Shown here one piece after another: positions 47,543 to 59,769 of a DNA stretch of 64,000 nt. Every line of letters starts with the position of its first letter. Position 1 is the first letter of the stretch. Below the pieces are notes generated by a model, which did not search any database, had not been told where the DNA came from, and saw only the letters and a list, made by a program, of their open reading frames with translations. Position numbers and translations under genes: made by a program. Source of the stretch: Vicugna vicugna (lineage: Eukaryota); NCBI GenBank assembly GCA_013265495.1, contig MU062262.1:2046001-2110000 (forward strand), given 5' to 3'.

Positions 47543-47836
47543 TGTTATGGAATGAATATCGTCCTCAAGATTCGTATGTTGAAATTCTGACCTCCAACAT
47601 GATGTTATTAGGAGGTGGGGGGCCTTTGGGAGATAATTAGGTCGTAAGGGTAAAGCCTTCATTAATGGGATTAGTGCACTGATAAGACCCTCTCTCTGCC
47701 CTGTGGGGAAACAATGAAAAAACAGCTGTCTGCAAACCAGAAGGAGTGTCCTAATCAGACACAGGATCTGCCAGTGCCTAGGTCTTAGACTTCCCTGCCT
47801 CCAGAATTGTGAGAAATAAACTCCTGTTGTTTAAGC
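47543..47836 (+). mobile_element. MLT1A0-like 3' LTR, 3'-truncated
   Basis: tgttatgg...gtatgttgaaattctgacctcc...ttaggaggtgggggcctttgggag...gggattagtgc...ccagaattgtgagaaataaa...gtttaagc. Confidence 0.88.
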
Positions 47837-48019
47837 AAAATCAGCATCATTATCATCATCATCATAACCTGGGAATGCACTTTGGGGAAGCCCTTTGATG
47901 GGATTCAGGAAGTCTGTAAAGAAAGCTTTAGTCTCTACCACTACCCACTATTTTCTTACTGGCACTATTTAGAAGTTGTTAAAAGCAGTATAAGTTTATT
48001 TTATATTTACTTTTTCCTT

Positions 48020-48133
48020 ATTTCTCTCATCAATGAGTGCTCAATGCCTTGCACAGTGCCTGACACAAATTAGATACTAAATATATATTTGTTGACTGAA
48101 TGAATGAGTGATTGAATGAATGAATGAATGAAT
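48020..48133 (+). mobile_element. L2 3' end with (GAAT)n tail
   Basis: gcacagtgcctgacacaaattagatactaaatatatatttgttgactgaatgaatgagtgattgaatgaatgaatgaatgaa. Confidence 0.8.
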
Positions 48134-48594
48134 ACCTATGAGCCTGAAGGGTCAGTGAATCAGAAGACTCACTTATCTTTTGTCAAGATCTCTCTCCCTT
48201 TTGAATACTGAGTCTGTCTCTTCTCTAGAACTAGTGAGGAGATGCTTTCTTTGGATCCTCTTTCCTTCAGACCCTTGAGGCTGGGGAGTAGTGTTCTCTA
48301 AGTTCAGAAATACCCTGAAGACCAGCCATTTGTAAGGCATGCTTGCTCAGCATGATGGGGGAATAAAACAATGACTAAGTCAGGATGTCTGCTCAGATTT
48401 TTAAAAATGTATTCCAAAAGTCAAGATAGAAACTCATGTAACTTAAACCAAAGGCACAATAGGAAATATGCCATGAAAAATTTGCCTGTGATGTGCTTTG
48501 GGAACATAGAGCAGAATATTGAGAAGTGCCTTGTAGAGGTTGCTTTAGTTTTGATGATTGTTCATTAATCCTAGATCAAACTGACATATACGAT

Positions 48595-48900
48595 ATCTAG
48601 TGAAAAACCTCACTCTCACCTGTTGTCCCTGTTGTCTCCACCTTCCCTTCAGTTAAACCAGGTAGTCTCATGTCCTTCCAGAGTTTCTTTTTGCAAATCT
48701 CCCCCCACCAAAAAAAAAAAAATGCAGGTACATGTACTCTTATTTTCCACCTTTCTTGCATGTTACGTATAATTTCTATACAGTGCTATTTGCACTTAAC
48801 AGTATAGCTTGGAAATCTTTGCATTTCAGTACACACAGAACTTTAGAGTTTGTTTTCAAGCTGACTCTTGTAATATAAGGAGGCTTATAAAAAGCAGAGG
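48595..48900 (-). mobile_element. Old L1ME-type 3' UTR fragment
   Basis: gtagtctcatgtccttccagag...ctatacagtgctatttgcacttaacagtatagcttggaaatctttgcatttcagtacacacaga. Confidence 0.55.
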
Positions 48901-48919
48901 AATATCATTTCAGTGGAAT

Positions 48920-49830
48920 GGCCAGAAGCAGAACCAGGCCTGGATTAGTTGGGGAAAGCAATGTTGTCTGTCTAGCAGGTCTACAGAGCAGGGAAGGGGA
49001 GTCATTTTAGGAAAAGCTGGTGGGGGCAGCTCATAGGTACTGCAAATACCTTGGGAGGACATCATCAGTTGTACAAGGAAGTGACAGATCATCAGAGTTG
49101 TGCTCTAGGAAGATCAGTCTACAGCGAGGTCAACAATGGGTTACAGCAGGACAGAGCATAGAGGCAAGAGGCAGGGAGATCAATTAGAAAGCAAAACAGC
49201 TGAAATCTAAACCAGACATAGTAATGAAGAGAATGGAAGGGAAAGGACATAAATATAAGAGACATGGTGGAGGTTCATTCTACAGAACAAGTTTGCTACC
49301 GTTTCTGTCCAGCTGACCCACGTGATAAATAAAGTTCAACTGTACTACTCAATTCTGTGGGCATATCTAGTGATATATATATACAATTCCAAGCTTGCTA
49401 ACCTCACTTCCGTCTATTCCTCAAGCATTAAAGAAAAAAGAATCAGACTGCCTATATGTGAGAGTGATGATTTAGAGCTGATGATTTTGACTTCCCTCTA
49501 TTTTATATGCTAGTTAAAAAGTAAATTACTTATAAACTTCAGCATTTTATTAGCAATAGTAAATTATTTTGCAGCTGATTGATAGGACAGTCTAATATGT
49601 CAACTCAGTTGGAACCACTGATTCCCAGAACTTGTTAACTAATCCTGGATAGGGTTTGGGGAAGGGTAGTGGAGGAGAGGAAGGAATTGATGCAAATTTG
49701 AGTGCCTGGATGCATAGGATGTAATTAGTGGAGGTGGAGAATGCAGCAAAAACAGTTCTGTAACAATGGAACAGAGAATAGCAGGTATAATCTGCTATGG
49801 GTCTTGAAATATATTTAGGAATACAGACCA
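48920..49830 (-). mobile_element. L2 fragments (48920-49300 and 49560-49830)
   Basis: ctaggaagatcagtct...gaggcagggagatcaattagaaagc...; gaggaaggaattgatgcaaatttgag...ggaacagagaatagcagg. Confidence 0.55.
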
Positions 49831-49899
49831 TAAAATTTTCAGAGTACTACCTGCCACATAGCCTGAGTCTTCTTTATTTATTTAGTATATTCAGGAGAG

Positions 49900-50150
49900 C
49901 CCAGTACTTAAGAAAATAACTCTGGAGTTAGACTCCCTAGGTTTGAGCACTGTTTCTGTCACTTCTCAGCTTTGTGACACTTTGTGACACTTGTTACTTA
50001 ATATTTCTATACCTCAATTTTTATATCTGTCAAATGGGGAAAATGATGATGCATGTTCCCTAGGTTACTGAGAGGAAAGAAATGAGCTAATTCTTGCAAA
50101 GTGCTTAGAACAGTCCCTGACATATAATGTGTCTAATTAATTACTGCTAT
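49900..50150 (+). mobile_element. MIR SINE
   Basis: ctctggagttagactccctaggtttgagc...tatctgtcaaatgggg...gtgcttagaacagtccctgacatataatgtg. Confidence 0.8.
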
Positions 50151-50280
50151 TATCATTATTCATTTGAGAAATGTTTATTCAGTGTTGACCATGTGCTATG
50201 TGCTATTCAAGGTGCTATGTGCAGGGCTGTACAAAGCACATTTACTTCTACCCTCACAGAGCTTAGAGAGGAATGATGAC
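50150..50280 (-). mobile_element. L2 3' end
   Basis: ttcatttgagaaatgtttattcagtgttgaccatgtgc...ccctcacagagctta. Confidence 0.65.
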
Positions 50281-50621
50281 CTCTAAAATGAGAAATACTG
50301 ATAGTAGTCATGATTGATCCTGAAGAGGACTAAATTGGAAGTATTTGTATTGTTTTTCAAGGATCTCTCTAATAAGTTAATGTGCTTAAAGACAGACACA
50401 GAATTAGTATGTGCAAAGATACATTAAAGGCACAGAAGTACACATCATAAAGGCAGATGCATGAAGAAAATAATTAAGGAAGCTAAAGAATGAGGTGAAA
50501 ATTTCAAAACTTGCAAAAATACCTGAAGGGCTTTAATGACATTTTTAGAGCAAAACAAATGACCAAGTAAAACACAGAACAAACACCAAAGCCAAAGTTG
50601 CCACAAGAAATATAAACACCA

Positions 50622-51101
50622 ATGTTCCTAGTAAATGGAGACACAAATATCCTCAACAAAATATTAAGAAATCAAATCCAGCAACACATGAAAAGGGTAT
50701 TATTCAAATTATTGAGTCAAATTATTATTTATCCCAGGAATGCAAGTATTGTACACCATAATAAATCAATCAATGCAATACACTATGAAGGAAAAAAAAT
50801 CCACGTGATCATCTCAATACACATAGAAAAAGCATTTGAAAAAATTCAACCGCCTTTCCTGATAGAAGTACTTAGCAAACTAAGAATAAAAGATGATTTT
50901 CTTAAAATGATAAAGGGAATTTATGAAAAGTCCATTGTTAACATGTTACTCAATGGTGAGAGAATGAAAGCTTTTCCCCTAAGATCAGGAACAAGACAAG
51001 TGTATCCACTGTCACCACTGCTATTCAACATTGCCCTGGAAGTCTTAGAAAGAGCAATCAGGCAGGAAAAAGATACAAAAGCCATTCAAATTAGAAAGTA
51101 G
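50622..51101 (+). pseudogene. L1 ORF2 reverse-transcriptase fragment, 159 aa open stretch
   Basis: Clear L1 RT motifs (QGxPLSPLLFN-type). It lies in an otherwise disrupted element. Confidence 0.9.
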
Positions 51102-51467
51102 AAAGTAAAACTATCTTTATTTTTAGAGGAAATGTTTCTATGTATGAAAATCCCAAAGAATCCACAAAAACCTATTAGAATAATATATGAATTTAGCAAA
51201 ATTTTAGAGTAGAAAAATCAACAACTAAAAATCAGTTTTGTTTCTATACACCAGCAAGGAACAATTCAAAATGGAGATTTAAAAAATAATTCCATTTATC
51301 ATAGCATCTAAAGTAATAAAATCACCTAGGAATAAATTTAACCAAGGAAGTGTACAATTTGCATAATGAGTACTATAAAACATTGTCAAAAGGAATTAAA
51401 TAAGACTAATGAAATGGGAAGATATCCCATGTTTATAGATTGAAAGATGTACTATTTCTAAATGGCA

Positions 51468-51683
51468 NNNNNNNNNNNNNNNNNNNNNNNNNNNNNNNNN
51501 NNNNNNNNNNNNNNNNNNNNNNNNNNNNNNNNNNNNNNNNNNNNNNNNNNNNNNNNNNNNNNNNNNNNNNNNNNNNNNNNNNNNNNNNNNNNNNNNNNNN
51601 NNNNNNNNNNNNNNNNNNNNNNNNNNNNNNNNNNNNNNNNNNNNNNNNNNNNNNNNNNNNNNNNNNNNNNNNNNNNNNNNNNN
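51468..51683. other. Assembly gap (216 N) inside an L1
   Basis: N run between the ORF2 KMA and WHKDR motifs. Confidence 1.
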
Positions 51684-53064
51684 TGGCATAAGGACAGACA
51701 CATTAGAACAACAGAACAGAACTGAGAGTCAAGAAATAACCCAAAATATATATGACCAATTTATTTTTGGTATGGGTGCCAAGACCTTTCAATAAGGAGA
51801 GAATAGTCTCTTCAACAAATGGTGCAGGGACAACTGGATAAGCATATGCAAAAGCATGAATTTGACCCTACTTCATTCCATTTATAGAAATCAATTCAAC
51901 ATGGATCAACAACCTAAACATGAGATGGAGGGAGGGTGGGACAGGACACCTGCTTGGATGCAGATACTGTCAAGTTAATAAGGAGTGGGGACAGCCAGTC
52001 TTCTTCAATTGTAAAGCATAAAATATTTTTTAAAAAAGAGAAATGGAGATCAATCATAAGATATTGCCTCGTTTCTTGAAGTTAGTTCAAATTAGTTCAA
52101 ACTCAGGTGAGTTACTTCTTAAGGGATCAAAAGAACTGTCCATTGTGATTGTGGGACCACTGTTGGTCATCTTTGAGAAATAATGGGCAGTAAGCAATGT
52201 GTTAAGACAGTGAATGGACAACTGCAACGTTACTTACAAAGGGGAACGTGATCCCTGGATTGCAGGCTGCTAAACTAAATGGTGATTCCCAACAAAATTT
52301 CCCAACAGATGTTATATAGGCAGTTTATAAGAGGTGACATGTAGGACAAACATGGACTCCCAAAGCCAAGCTAACAAGTCAAGCCATAATTTACATTTTG
52401 TATGTAGGTACCAGGCCATAAAAATTAGGAGAATGCTATAGAGTGAGAAAGGTAAATTTATCAAGGCATTAAACAAAGACTTATCTTGCTAATAAATGGG
52501 AGAAAATGTGGTCTGGGATAATAGTAGGGTTAGAATAATTGTTAGTTTAATTGGTTGTTGAATATCCAAGGAGTATTGATTAATGGATGGGCACCAATCT
52601 GGAAGGAGGCCTCAGTAATCATATTCTGGAACCCTATGCTATTGCTTATTCCAATGTAATTTACTATTTAAATTTAAGACCAAAGAGTACAGAATGCTAG
52701 GAAGAGATCACATTGCAAGAATAAAAACAGAGATTTTAGTTTAATTTATCAAAAAGCTATCAGTGTAATTACAAATGGGAAAGATTTAGTTTGATAGCCT
52801 TCCTCATGAGAGAGAATGCTTTCACTCCTCACATGTTAACTGAGTGTCCACTATTTGCCAGGCACTCTGCTAGCTGGTCAGCCTGTAAAAATGTGGTCGA
52901 TCCAGTAATCTGTAGCAGACTAGTTACCACAAAACCCTCCCTGAAATCGTAGTGGTTTGTTTCTTGCTCAAGTCTTAGAATGATGTAGGTTAACAGAGAC
53001 ACTCTTTCAAGCAGACTTTCAGGGACCTGGGCTTCACTGCCTGTAGAACTTCCACTGTCCCTGA

Positions 53065-53225
53065 ATCTGGCCAACAGGCAAGGGGAGAGAGCACATGGAG
53101 GATCCCGGACCTTCCTGCTTGGCCCCTATCATACTAGGTCATTTCTAACTACAAGGGAACCTGGAAAGTATAGTCTCACTGTGTGCCCTGGAGGAAAAGG
53201 GAAGCAACTGCCAATCTCTGCCACA
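53065..53225 (-). mobile_element. MLT1J-like LTR fragment
   Basis: ctaactacaagggaacctggaaagtatagtctc...tgtgtgccctggaggaaaaggg...ccaatctctgccaca. Confidence 0.7.
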
Positions 53226-54584
53226 GGGAAAGCCAGACACATAAAAAGACACATGAAACAATGTAGTAAATCAAATCAGTATTAGAGATACACAGATGGT
53301 GCTTAAACAAACAAACAAAAAACACCAAAAAGGACTGAAGCATCCTGAGCTAGAGCAGTCAAAGAAGATATCCAAAGGAGGTTATGTCAGTGGTGAGTCT
53401 CTGAGGATGATTTTGAAATAATGGATACAGGTTAACCAGACTAAGAGGAGAGGGCATTAAAAGAGACAAACTCACAAAATGCAAATGAAAGAGAAAGAAT
53501 GTGGAGGGACTCTGAGCCCAGGAGAACTGGCAGCCTGCCAGGGAGGGGGCAGTGGCTCTCTTGGGGCTCATGTAATTCTTGGCATCTGAGACAAATGGCT
53601 GCTTGGATGAGTAAAGGGCATCCTCTTCTGTTCCACAATCCAGTTCACAGAGCTACTTTTTGGGACTGCTTCCAGAAAATGGTCCCTTTCTCTGCTGTGC
53701 CTTACCTTGTAAAGTGTCATGTTAACTGCTCCCAAAGAACTTCCCTGTGGCTATCAGTAGCTAGTGTTCCACAGCTAAAGCTGTGAAGACAGCTTGACGT
53801 AAACACACCATTATGTTCTGTTTAGATTAGGGTTTCAGTTCCCACTTCCCAGGGAGATGCAGTAGAGATGTGATTCGCATCTCAGTGAAAAAAGTGCATC
53901 TGAAAGCTGATGAGTCTACACTTATCCTAGGTCCAGGATTTCTGTTTTTGGATAGTGTCAAACTGATGACAGAAACTGAGATCACACTGCCCTCAATCCT
54001 CAAGGGAACAAGCCAGGGCCCATGGGAGCTCTGCCCAGCGGGGGTGGCCCAGGCAGCTCTGTCCCAGGCCTAGGAGTCTTGGTGGGGAGCAAAAAACCAG
54101 AAGCCATTCCATTATGATCACACCCTCAGACAAAAGGCCAGAGCTAGTGCTGTTGCCACACTAGGGTGGTCTTGTTAGCAACCAGTACCACTGGGACAGT
54201 CTCGCAAGCTCTTGGTTTTGAGGTCATTTCTTGGTCTCCTGTTCTAAGTCACTCAGCTGACTGCTGGATTTAAAGACATTCTAAAGCACAGATAGGAGCT
54301 GGCCAGCCTTAAACTGGATGGTTAGGCTTTAATTTCCAAATCCCACTGGTCCCCAAATGGAAAACCAAGATCCTGGCTGTTGAGGAGAACTCAAAACTTT
54401 TGTGTCTCAAAGCCTGTGATGCTGATTCTTGGTTCTATATCTACATCTATATCTATATATAGTATTTTTTATAGAGAATGGGAATTACAGGCTAGATGCT
54501 TAAACACAAGTTAAACATTACGTGTGTAGATCCCATCAATATTTGGAGTCCCACTTTTTTGTTCTTTTGCCTTGACAAGTGAGG

Positions 54585-54830
54585 CAGAGTGTATTGGAAG
54601 AGGCACACATCTTAATGTCAAGGTAATAGATGTTCAAATCAAGTTCTTTTGATCTGTGTGACTTTGGGTAACAAAATCTGACTTTGTCAATGACTAAACT
54701 TCCTTTCATTTCCTGTCTATAAAGTGATAGTGAGAATGCCTACCTCATTGTAGCATTAACTGTGAATACTAATATAACATCCCTGCTTCAGGAATGGCAT
54801 GTTGTAAGCGTGCAGTTAAAAAATATTCTG
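54585..54830 (+). mobile_element. MIR SINE
   Basis: ctgtgtgactttgggtaac...ttcctgtctataaagtgatagtgagaatgcctacctcattg. Confidence 0.65.
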
Positions 54831-56269
54831 CTCTTTTGTTTTCCCTATAAACCTCTAATGCCCCAGTTGTGGAATCACCCAAATCTCTGTCTTGCTGGCA
54901 CATCAGACTCAATAGATCAGAAAGTGAGATTGTTTCCTTTACATCTAAACCAGCTCTCCCTCTCAGTGTCTCTCTGTAAATAGTACCACCATTTTCTCAA
55001 TTAATTAGACTCACTTCTTTTACTCTTCCTCTTCAGTCACTAAGATCTATTGGGTTTTCCTCTCTGATGTTTGCAACAGCCTCATTACACCTTGTAAATC
55101 TATACTTTTAAAGTTATGGAAGCATCACAAATGTCATAGGAGCCACTGAAGCATTTAGAAGAGAATCTTGACCTGGTGAAGTCAGTATTTAAAGATTTTT
55201 TTTTTCCAGTGCACTGCTGCTAGAGGTGTAGCTCTGAACTGCCAAAGAGATGAGAATCAGGATTAGAAGAAAGATCCCAACAGAAAGAAAGCCAGGTAAA
55301 TGGGGCATAGATAATATGGAGATTTCCTGTTTTAATGGAAGTTGAATGGGCTTCAGGCTTTGTCAATCCAATGGTTCTCAGATATCTTTCAGTAAAGTCG
55401 CACCCCACCCTTTACTTGGAGCCTTTTGTTTACTGGGTTAAAGATCATTAATTTATTTCTATCTTTCACTCTATTTAATATTTGAGAATGCTGAAGCCCA
55501 AAGAAGTAACATGACTTGTCCACAGTTATCTAGCAGGTCATCCAGTGGTATTTCAGTTGTCCCATGTCTCCTTTCCTCAGAGCTTTGCTCTGTGCAAGCC
55601 AATCTGAAATAGGCTGTCTTTGTCATTGGTACTTTCTGAGTACAAATGCTGACACACCAACATTAATGCCAAACTTGCATTACTTAAATCCCCACCTTAA
55701 TAATTGTAGGACCCTGGCTGACATCCCCCAAGAAGACTCTACTAGTCATTTCTAAGAGAACCAAGGACAGAGTCAGCTTATAAATGTGCAGGGGTAATTC
55801 CGCCTATGCCTGTGTTGGACTTCATCAAACTGCCTCCTAAGCATTTCAGGGTATCATGGCTCTCCTGCCACTGTTGGGTGCTGCCTTCCCTCCTCTTCTC
55901 CGCTGGGCTCAGTACTTCTCTGCTGGCTTTTTTGACCCCTTTGGGCGCTATGGCTGGACTGAAACCTACAGTGGAGTGTGGGTAGTGGGGAGAAATTCCC
56001 TTTTCCCAACTCAGTTTTATACTAACTATCTAGGCCCTGAAGCAGTGCTGCTTGTGCCTAAGATCTTAGACATTTTCCAAAACCTTTCAGTTTCTAGGCC
56101 TAGGCCTTCCTCCCTTTTTCCCAATTGAAATAAATAATCAAGTAAAAAAAATGCCAGCTCCCCAGGAAGGACAGTTACCATATGTCCCTTCCATTGGCAC
56201 CATCACTCCTCTATTCTCTGCAAAACAAGCAAATCATTTCTCCTTTTTTCCAAATATATACTTAGGCAG

Positions 56270-56460
56270 AGAGGTGTTCCCACATTGTGCTCAGTACATG
56301 TTTACAATGCTTAGCTCCAGCTGAGACAGAATTCCTTATCATTATGCAGAACTTCTGTGTGAAAGCAAAGACATGTTTGTGGGCTAGTATTTGTCATTCT
56401 TTCCCAGTGCTGAGCCCAGTTCCTGCCCTACACATAGTAGAAGCTCAACGAAGACTTACC
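56270..56460 (+). mobile_element. L2 3' end
   Basis: tttcccagtgctgagcccagttcctgccctacacatagtagaagctcaacgaag. Confidence 0.6.
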
Positions 56461-56635
56461 TTTTAGGAGAGGTCTCCTGGTGGCACCAGGCCTTGCAAAG
56501 AAATGTCATTGTCTTTGGCATTTTGATTCTACAGAGGCCAGTCATGTACACAATAGCAAAACCACAAGCCTACACTTTGACCAAGAGATCAATATTTGGG
56601 TAGTCCTGTTGGGATGAACAATCATGTATATGGGA

Positions 56636-57217
56636 TGTTGTGATGTTTTGATTTATATAAGAAGTATGTATTTCATCTTTTTCCTGTCCCCACTTCTGGC
56701 ACAGAGCTCCTAAAATCGATGAAATTTCCAAAGTGTTGAGAGTGATAAATGTGTCTTTTGTTATGTTGATGAGGTGACTTTTAGGAGCTAGTTGACCCTG
56801 GAGTCAGCGATAGGATTAGAGGGTTGAAACTTTCCCTTCCTACCCACTGACCTCCTGGAAGGGGAGAGGGGCTGGAGTTCAGTCACAAATGGCCTGTGAT
56901 TTAATCAGCCATGCTTATGGTTGCAATTGGACTTGAACTTGGCATTCTGAATTGGAGAGCGTCATTGGAACCTTCAATCTGTAGCTAGTCAGTCAGAAGC
57001 ACAGGTAACAACTTGGGCTTGCAACTGGCATCTGAAGTGTGTGGCGGGGGAGGGCAGTCTTGTGGACTGAGCCCTTAACCTGTGGGATCTGGTGCTATCT
57101 CTGGGCAGATAATGTCAGAATTGAGTTGAATTATAGGATATCCAGCTGGTGTGCCAAGAATTGCTTGTTTGTGTGGGGAACTCCTCCCCCACATGGATTA
57201 GAATTGGGATCTGAACA
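56636..57217 (+). mobile_element. MER21B-like LTR with an internal deletion
   Basis: ggcacagagctcctaaaa, gattagagggttgaaactttc, ggggagaggggctgga, gatttaatcagccatgc, then gtcagaagcacaggtaacaacttgggcttgc and gactgagcccttaacctgtgggatctg. Confidence 0.88.
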
Positions 57218-57229
57218 GTTTTAGGTATA

Positions 57230-58062
57230 TACTCTTGAAACTCAGCTCAGCCAGTACTTCCTCTAGGAAGCCTGCCCTGATCTCCCAGTAGGAGTTAGGT
57301 GGCCTCAGGAGTATTCCTGCTTCACTCTTTATTTGTCTTCATCATAGTCCTTACAATTCTGTGCCGTGATTTTTGCTTACTCACCAATTATCATTTACTG
57401 GACTATGAGCCCTTGTGGGCAAAAGAAGGGTCTGTCTTTGTTAATTCAGAATCTGAGACTTGCCACTTGAGAAATTTGAAGTCTTCCCATTGCCATTACA
57501 AAAAAATTAAAATTAAAACCCCCAACACGGATTATACATTTCCCATCCTCTTACTGCTGCCTGCTTCTCTAGCTTCATCTTCCTCTTTGCTCATTTTTCA
57601 AAGCTCAGGTATATTTGGCTTCTTTCAGGTCTTTGTTGCCTGGTCCCTCTGGCCAAAGGGAGTTTTCCCACTTTGGCCTCCATCATCTAAGAATTCAGCT
57701 CATATTGCAGTTTCCTAAGGAAGTCTTATTTGACACATCTCACTCCAACCCAGACAACCCCCATTGCCTCTTATCCCCTTCATTTCTTGTCCAGATTATG
57801 TCCCTTTGTTGTGAGAGCTCACAGAACCATGTTCTATTCCTTCCAAGCAGTTACTTGGTAACTCTGCATTTACTGGTGTGCTTTTGTGATAAGCTTTCCC
57901 CTCTGCCCCCATTCATTCAATTTTAATTCACCAAGAAGAGGGAGTTTCACAGTACATATGTTCCAGGTGATCAGGACAGTGCCTGGTATATAGAATGCAC
58001 CGTATCAGTACTGTGCAATAGATGAAATGTTTGATGAATGAGTGAGTGAATGAATTAGTAAA
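57230..58062 (+). mobile_element. L2a 3' fragments (two adjacent pieces)
   Basis: cttcctctaggaagcctgccctga...gactatgagcccttgtgggc; and cagtttcctaaggaagtctt...cagtgcctggtatatag...tgtttgatgaatgagtgagtgaatgaa. Confidence 0.75.
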
Positions 58063-58857
58063 TTCAGATGTAGTATATACTAAGCCTCTGGAGGCAGAGA
58101 GAGGACTGTTAGAGATCAATATACAGTGAGTTTTATCCTATCATTTTGCTAAATCCGGATAACTGACCTCTTGATGAGCACTAAAAGCAAATTTGCTTGG
58201 TTATTGCAGGTGCACCATGAAAACATTTATGAAGTGTATTTTCCAGAATGAGAAAATAAAACTCAGGTTAATTTTTAAATTAATAGCATGACTAAGGCAA
58301 TGACCTAATATAGTTATTATCTACCTATAAATGTATTCAAAAAGTGTGCAGGTAGAATTAATGGTATGTTCATGATTTGTAAATGCTGCCTATGGATATA
58401 TGCAGATAATATGAAAGAACATTTAATTGGATATAATTAAACTACAAAGATACTTAAAGTAATGACACTTTTAAGAATAAAGTCACAGAGGCATCTGAGG
58501 AGCCAATTCAAATAATTTACAACTCAATGATTAGATTGGCAGAGCTAGTGCCTCATGGTTAAAATAGAATACTTGTATTTTGCACAACAAAGACCCATAT
58601 AATCTAAGGGAAGCTCATAATTCGGCAGAAAGAACAACATAGACTTCAATGTCAGACAAATGTAGGTTTGAATCCTGATTCTACTAGTCACTGGCTGTAT
58701 GAATTTGGGCAAGACAACTATATTAGCTTCCTTTCTTTTCTTTGAAATTCAAAAGCTCCCCCTCTGCTTCAAGGATTTTGCCTTTGTTCTTTTCCTGTCC
58801 CTGTGCGTAGCTGGCTCCTCATCTTTCAGAGTTCGTATCATATATTCTCTCCAAGGA

Positions 58858-59292
58858 GATTCTGGTTTGGGCCATGTTCCTTGGGCAGCAGATTCTGATG
58901 TGCAGGTGTGTGTGCAGAAGGTTGACTGGGAACACCCTAGGGAGTTATCCCTGTGAAGGGGTGAGGAAAGCCTGATTGGACAAAGAGAGAAGCTGAGCTG
59001 TGATACAGTCACGAGAGAAACCTCAGCCAATCTCACTGGGAGTTCTGGCGCCAGGGTGGCCTTTCAGAATTGTCCTGTATTGAGGCCAAAAGGCTGGGCC
59101 TCTGCACCCTCCCATCAGTCAGGCATTGGATGCAGGCTGAGAAGGGGTAGTAATGTGGGTGGGACAGCTCTATTCAGCTGAGGACATTTCCTAGAGGAGC
59201 TCAGCTGTGAGCTCATGGTGACCAACAGTCTTGCAGCTGGGGGAATGAGAGCCCAGGTCCAGAAGGGGGATCAGTGGATTTACTACAGAGGC
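58858..59292 (-). mobile_element. LTR16A-like ERVL solo LTR
   Basis: gcagcagattctga...agagagaagctgagctgtgatacagtc...cctcagccaa...ggtggcctttcagaattgtcc...cagctgggggaatgag...gaagggggatc. Confidence 0.85.
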
Positions 59293-59299
59293 CTTGCCT

Positions 59300-59535
59300 A
59301 ACCATGTTATACCAATTAGCATACCACCCTTGCACACTGCATTCTATCAACTGCCCTGTTCACTTCATTTCTATTCTATCATATTCTACAGCTTGAAATT
59401 AATTTGTCCTTTTGTTGATTATCTGTTTTTCCCACTCGGGTGAAAAACGCCTCCTGAGGGTAAAGAACAGGTTAGTGAACAATGTGTAGTTGGCACTCAG
59501 TAAATACCGGTAGAGAAAAATGAATGTGTGAGCAA
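59300..59535 (+). mobile_element. L2 3' end
   Basis: gtgtagttggcactcagtaaataccggtagagaaaaatgaatg. Confidence 0.5.
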
Positions 59536-59769
59536 ATGATGCAGGCTGATAACAAACTCTACATCACTTGCTGCAGCAATTATAATGTCTAACGTTGCTG
59601 CAGAGAGTGAGGAGTCATTTTATAAAAGAGATATGTCTGCAGTATTTGGAAGGAATAGAAGAACATTAAAATCCCATCCTCATTCAGAAAGTAGAAACAG
59701 AATGTGACCTCCAATTGTAATATCTGATGCATTATAATTTCCAACCAAGCTTTACAAAGGAAAAAAAAA

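Larger units (their letters stand above)
50570..51924 (+). mobile_element. LINE-1 ORF2 internal fragment (RT region), truncated at both ends
   Basis: ORF 50622-51101 (ILNKILRNQIQQHMKR...AFEKIQPPF...MKAFPLRSGTRQVYPLSPLLFNIALEVLERAIRQEK). It continues through WHKDRHI and LFNKWCRDNW to WINNLNMR, with no 3' UTR or poly(A). Confidence 0.92.
50385..52800 (+). mobile_element. L3/CR1 LINE (pieces 50385-50568 and ~51925-52800) interrupted by an L1
   Basis: aaggaagctaaagaatgagg...agggcttt...gagcaaaac, resuming as cctgcttggatgcagat...ggaccactgttggtcatctttgagaaataatgg...tcaaggcatt...gagtattgattaatgga...tggaaggaggcctc. These are CR1 RT-region motifs. Confidence 0.75.

Noticed and set aside
49971-49990. 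10-bp tandem duplication tttgtgacac x2 (a similar one, ttagttcaaa x2, is at 52082-52101)
   Set aside because: Ordinary slippage duplications inside MIR and L3 repeats.
56460-56529. Minus-strand exon candidate with a perfect AAG|gtaagt donor
   Set aside because: The donor derives from an L2 tail, the acceptor is mediocre and the open frame (IKMPKTMTFLCKAW...) is unrecognisable.
59568-59603. TTGCTGCAGCAA palindrome with a nearby repeat of TTGCTGCAG
   Set aside because: Short and without context. It is consistent with a local micro-duplication.
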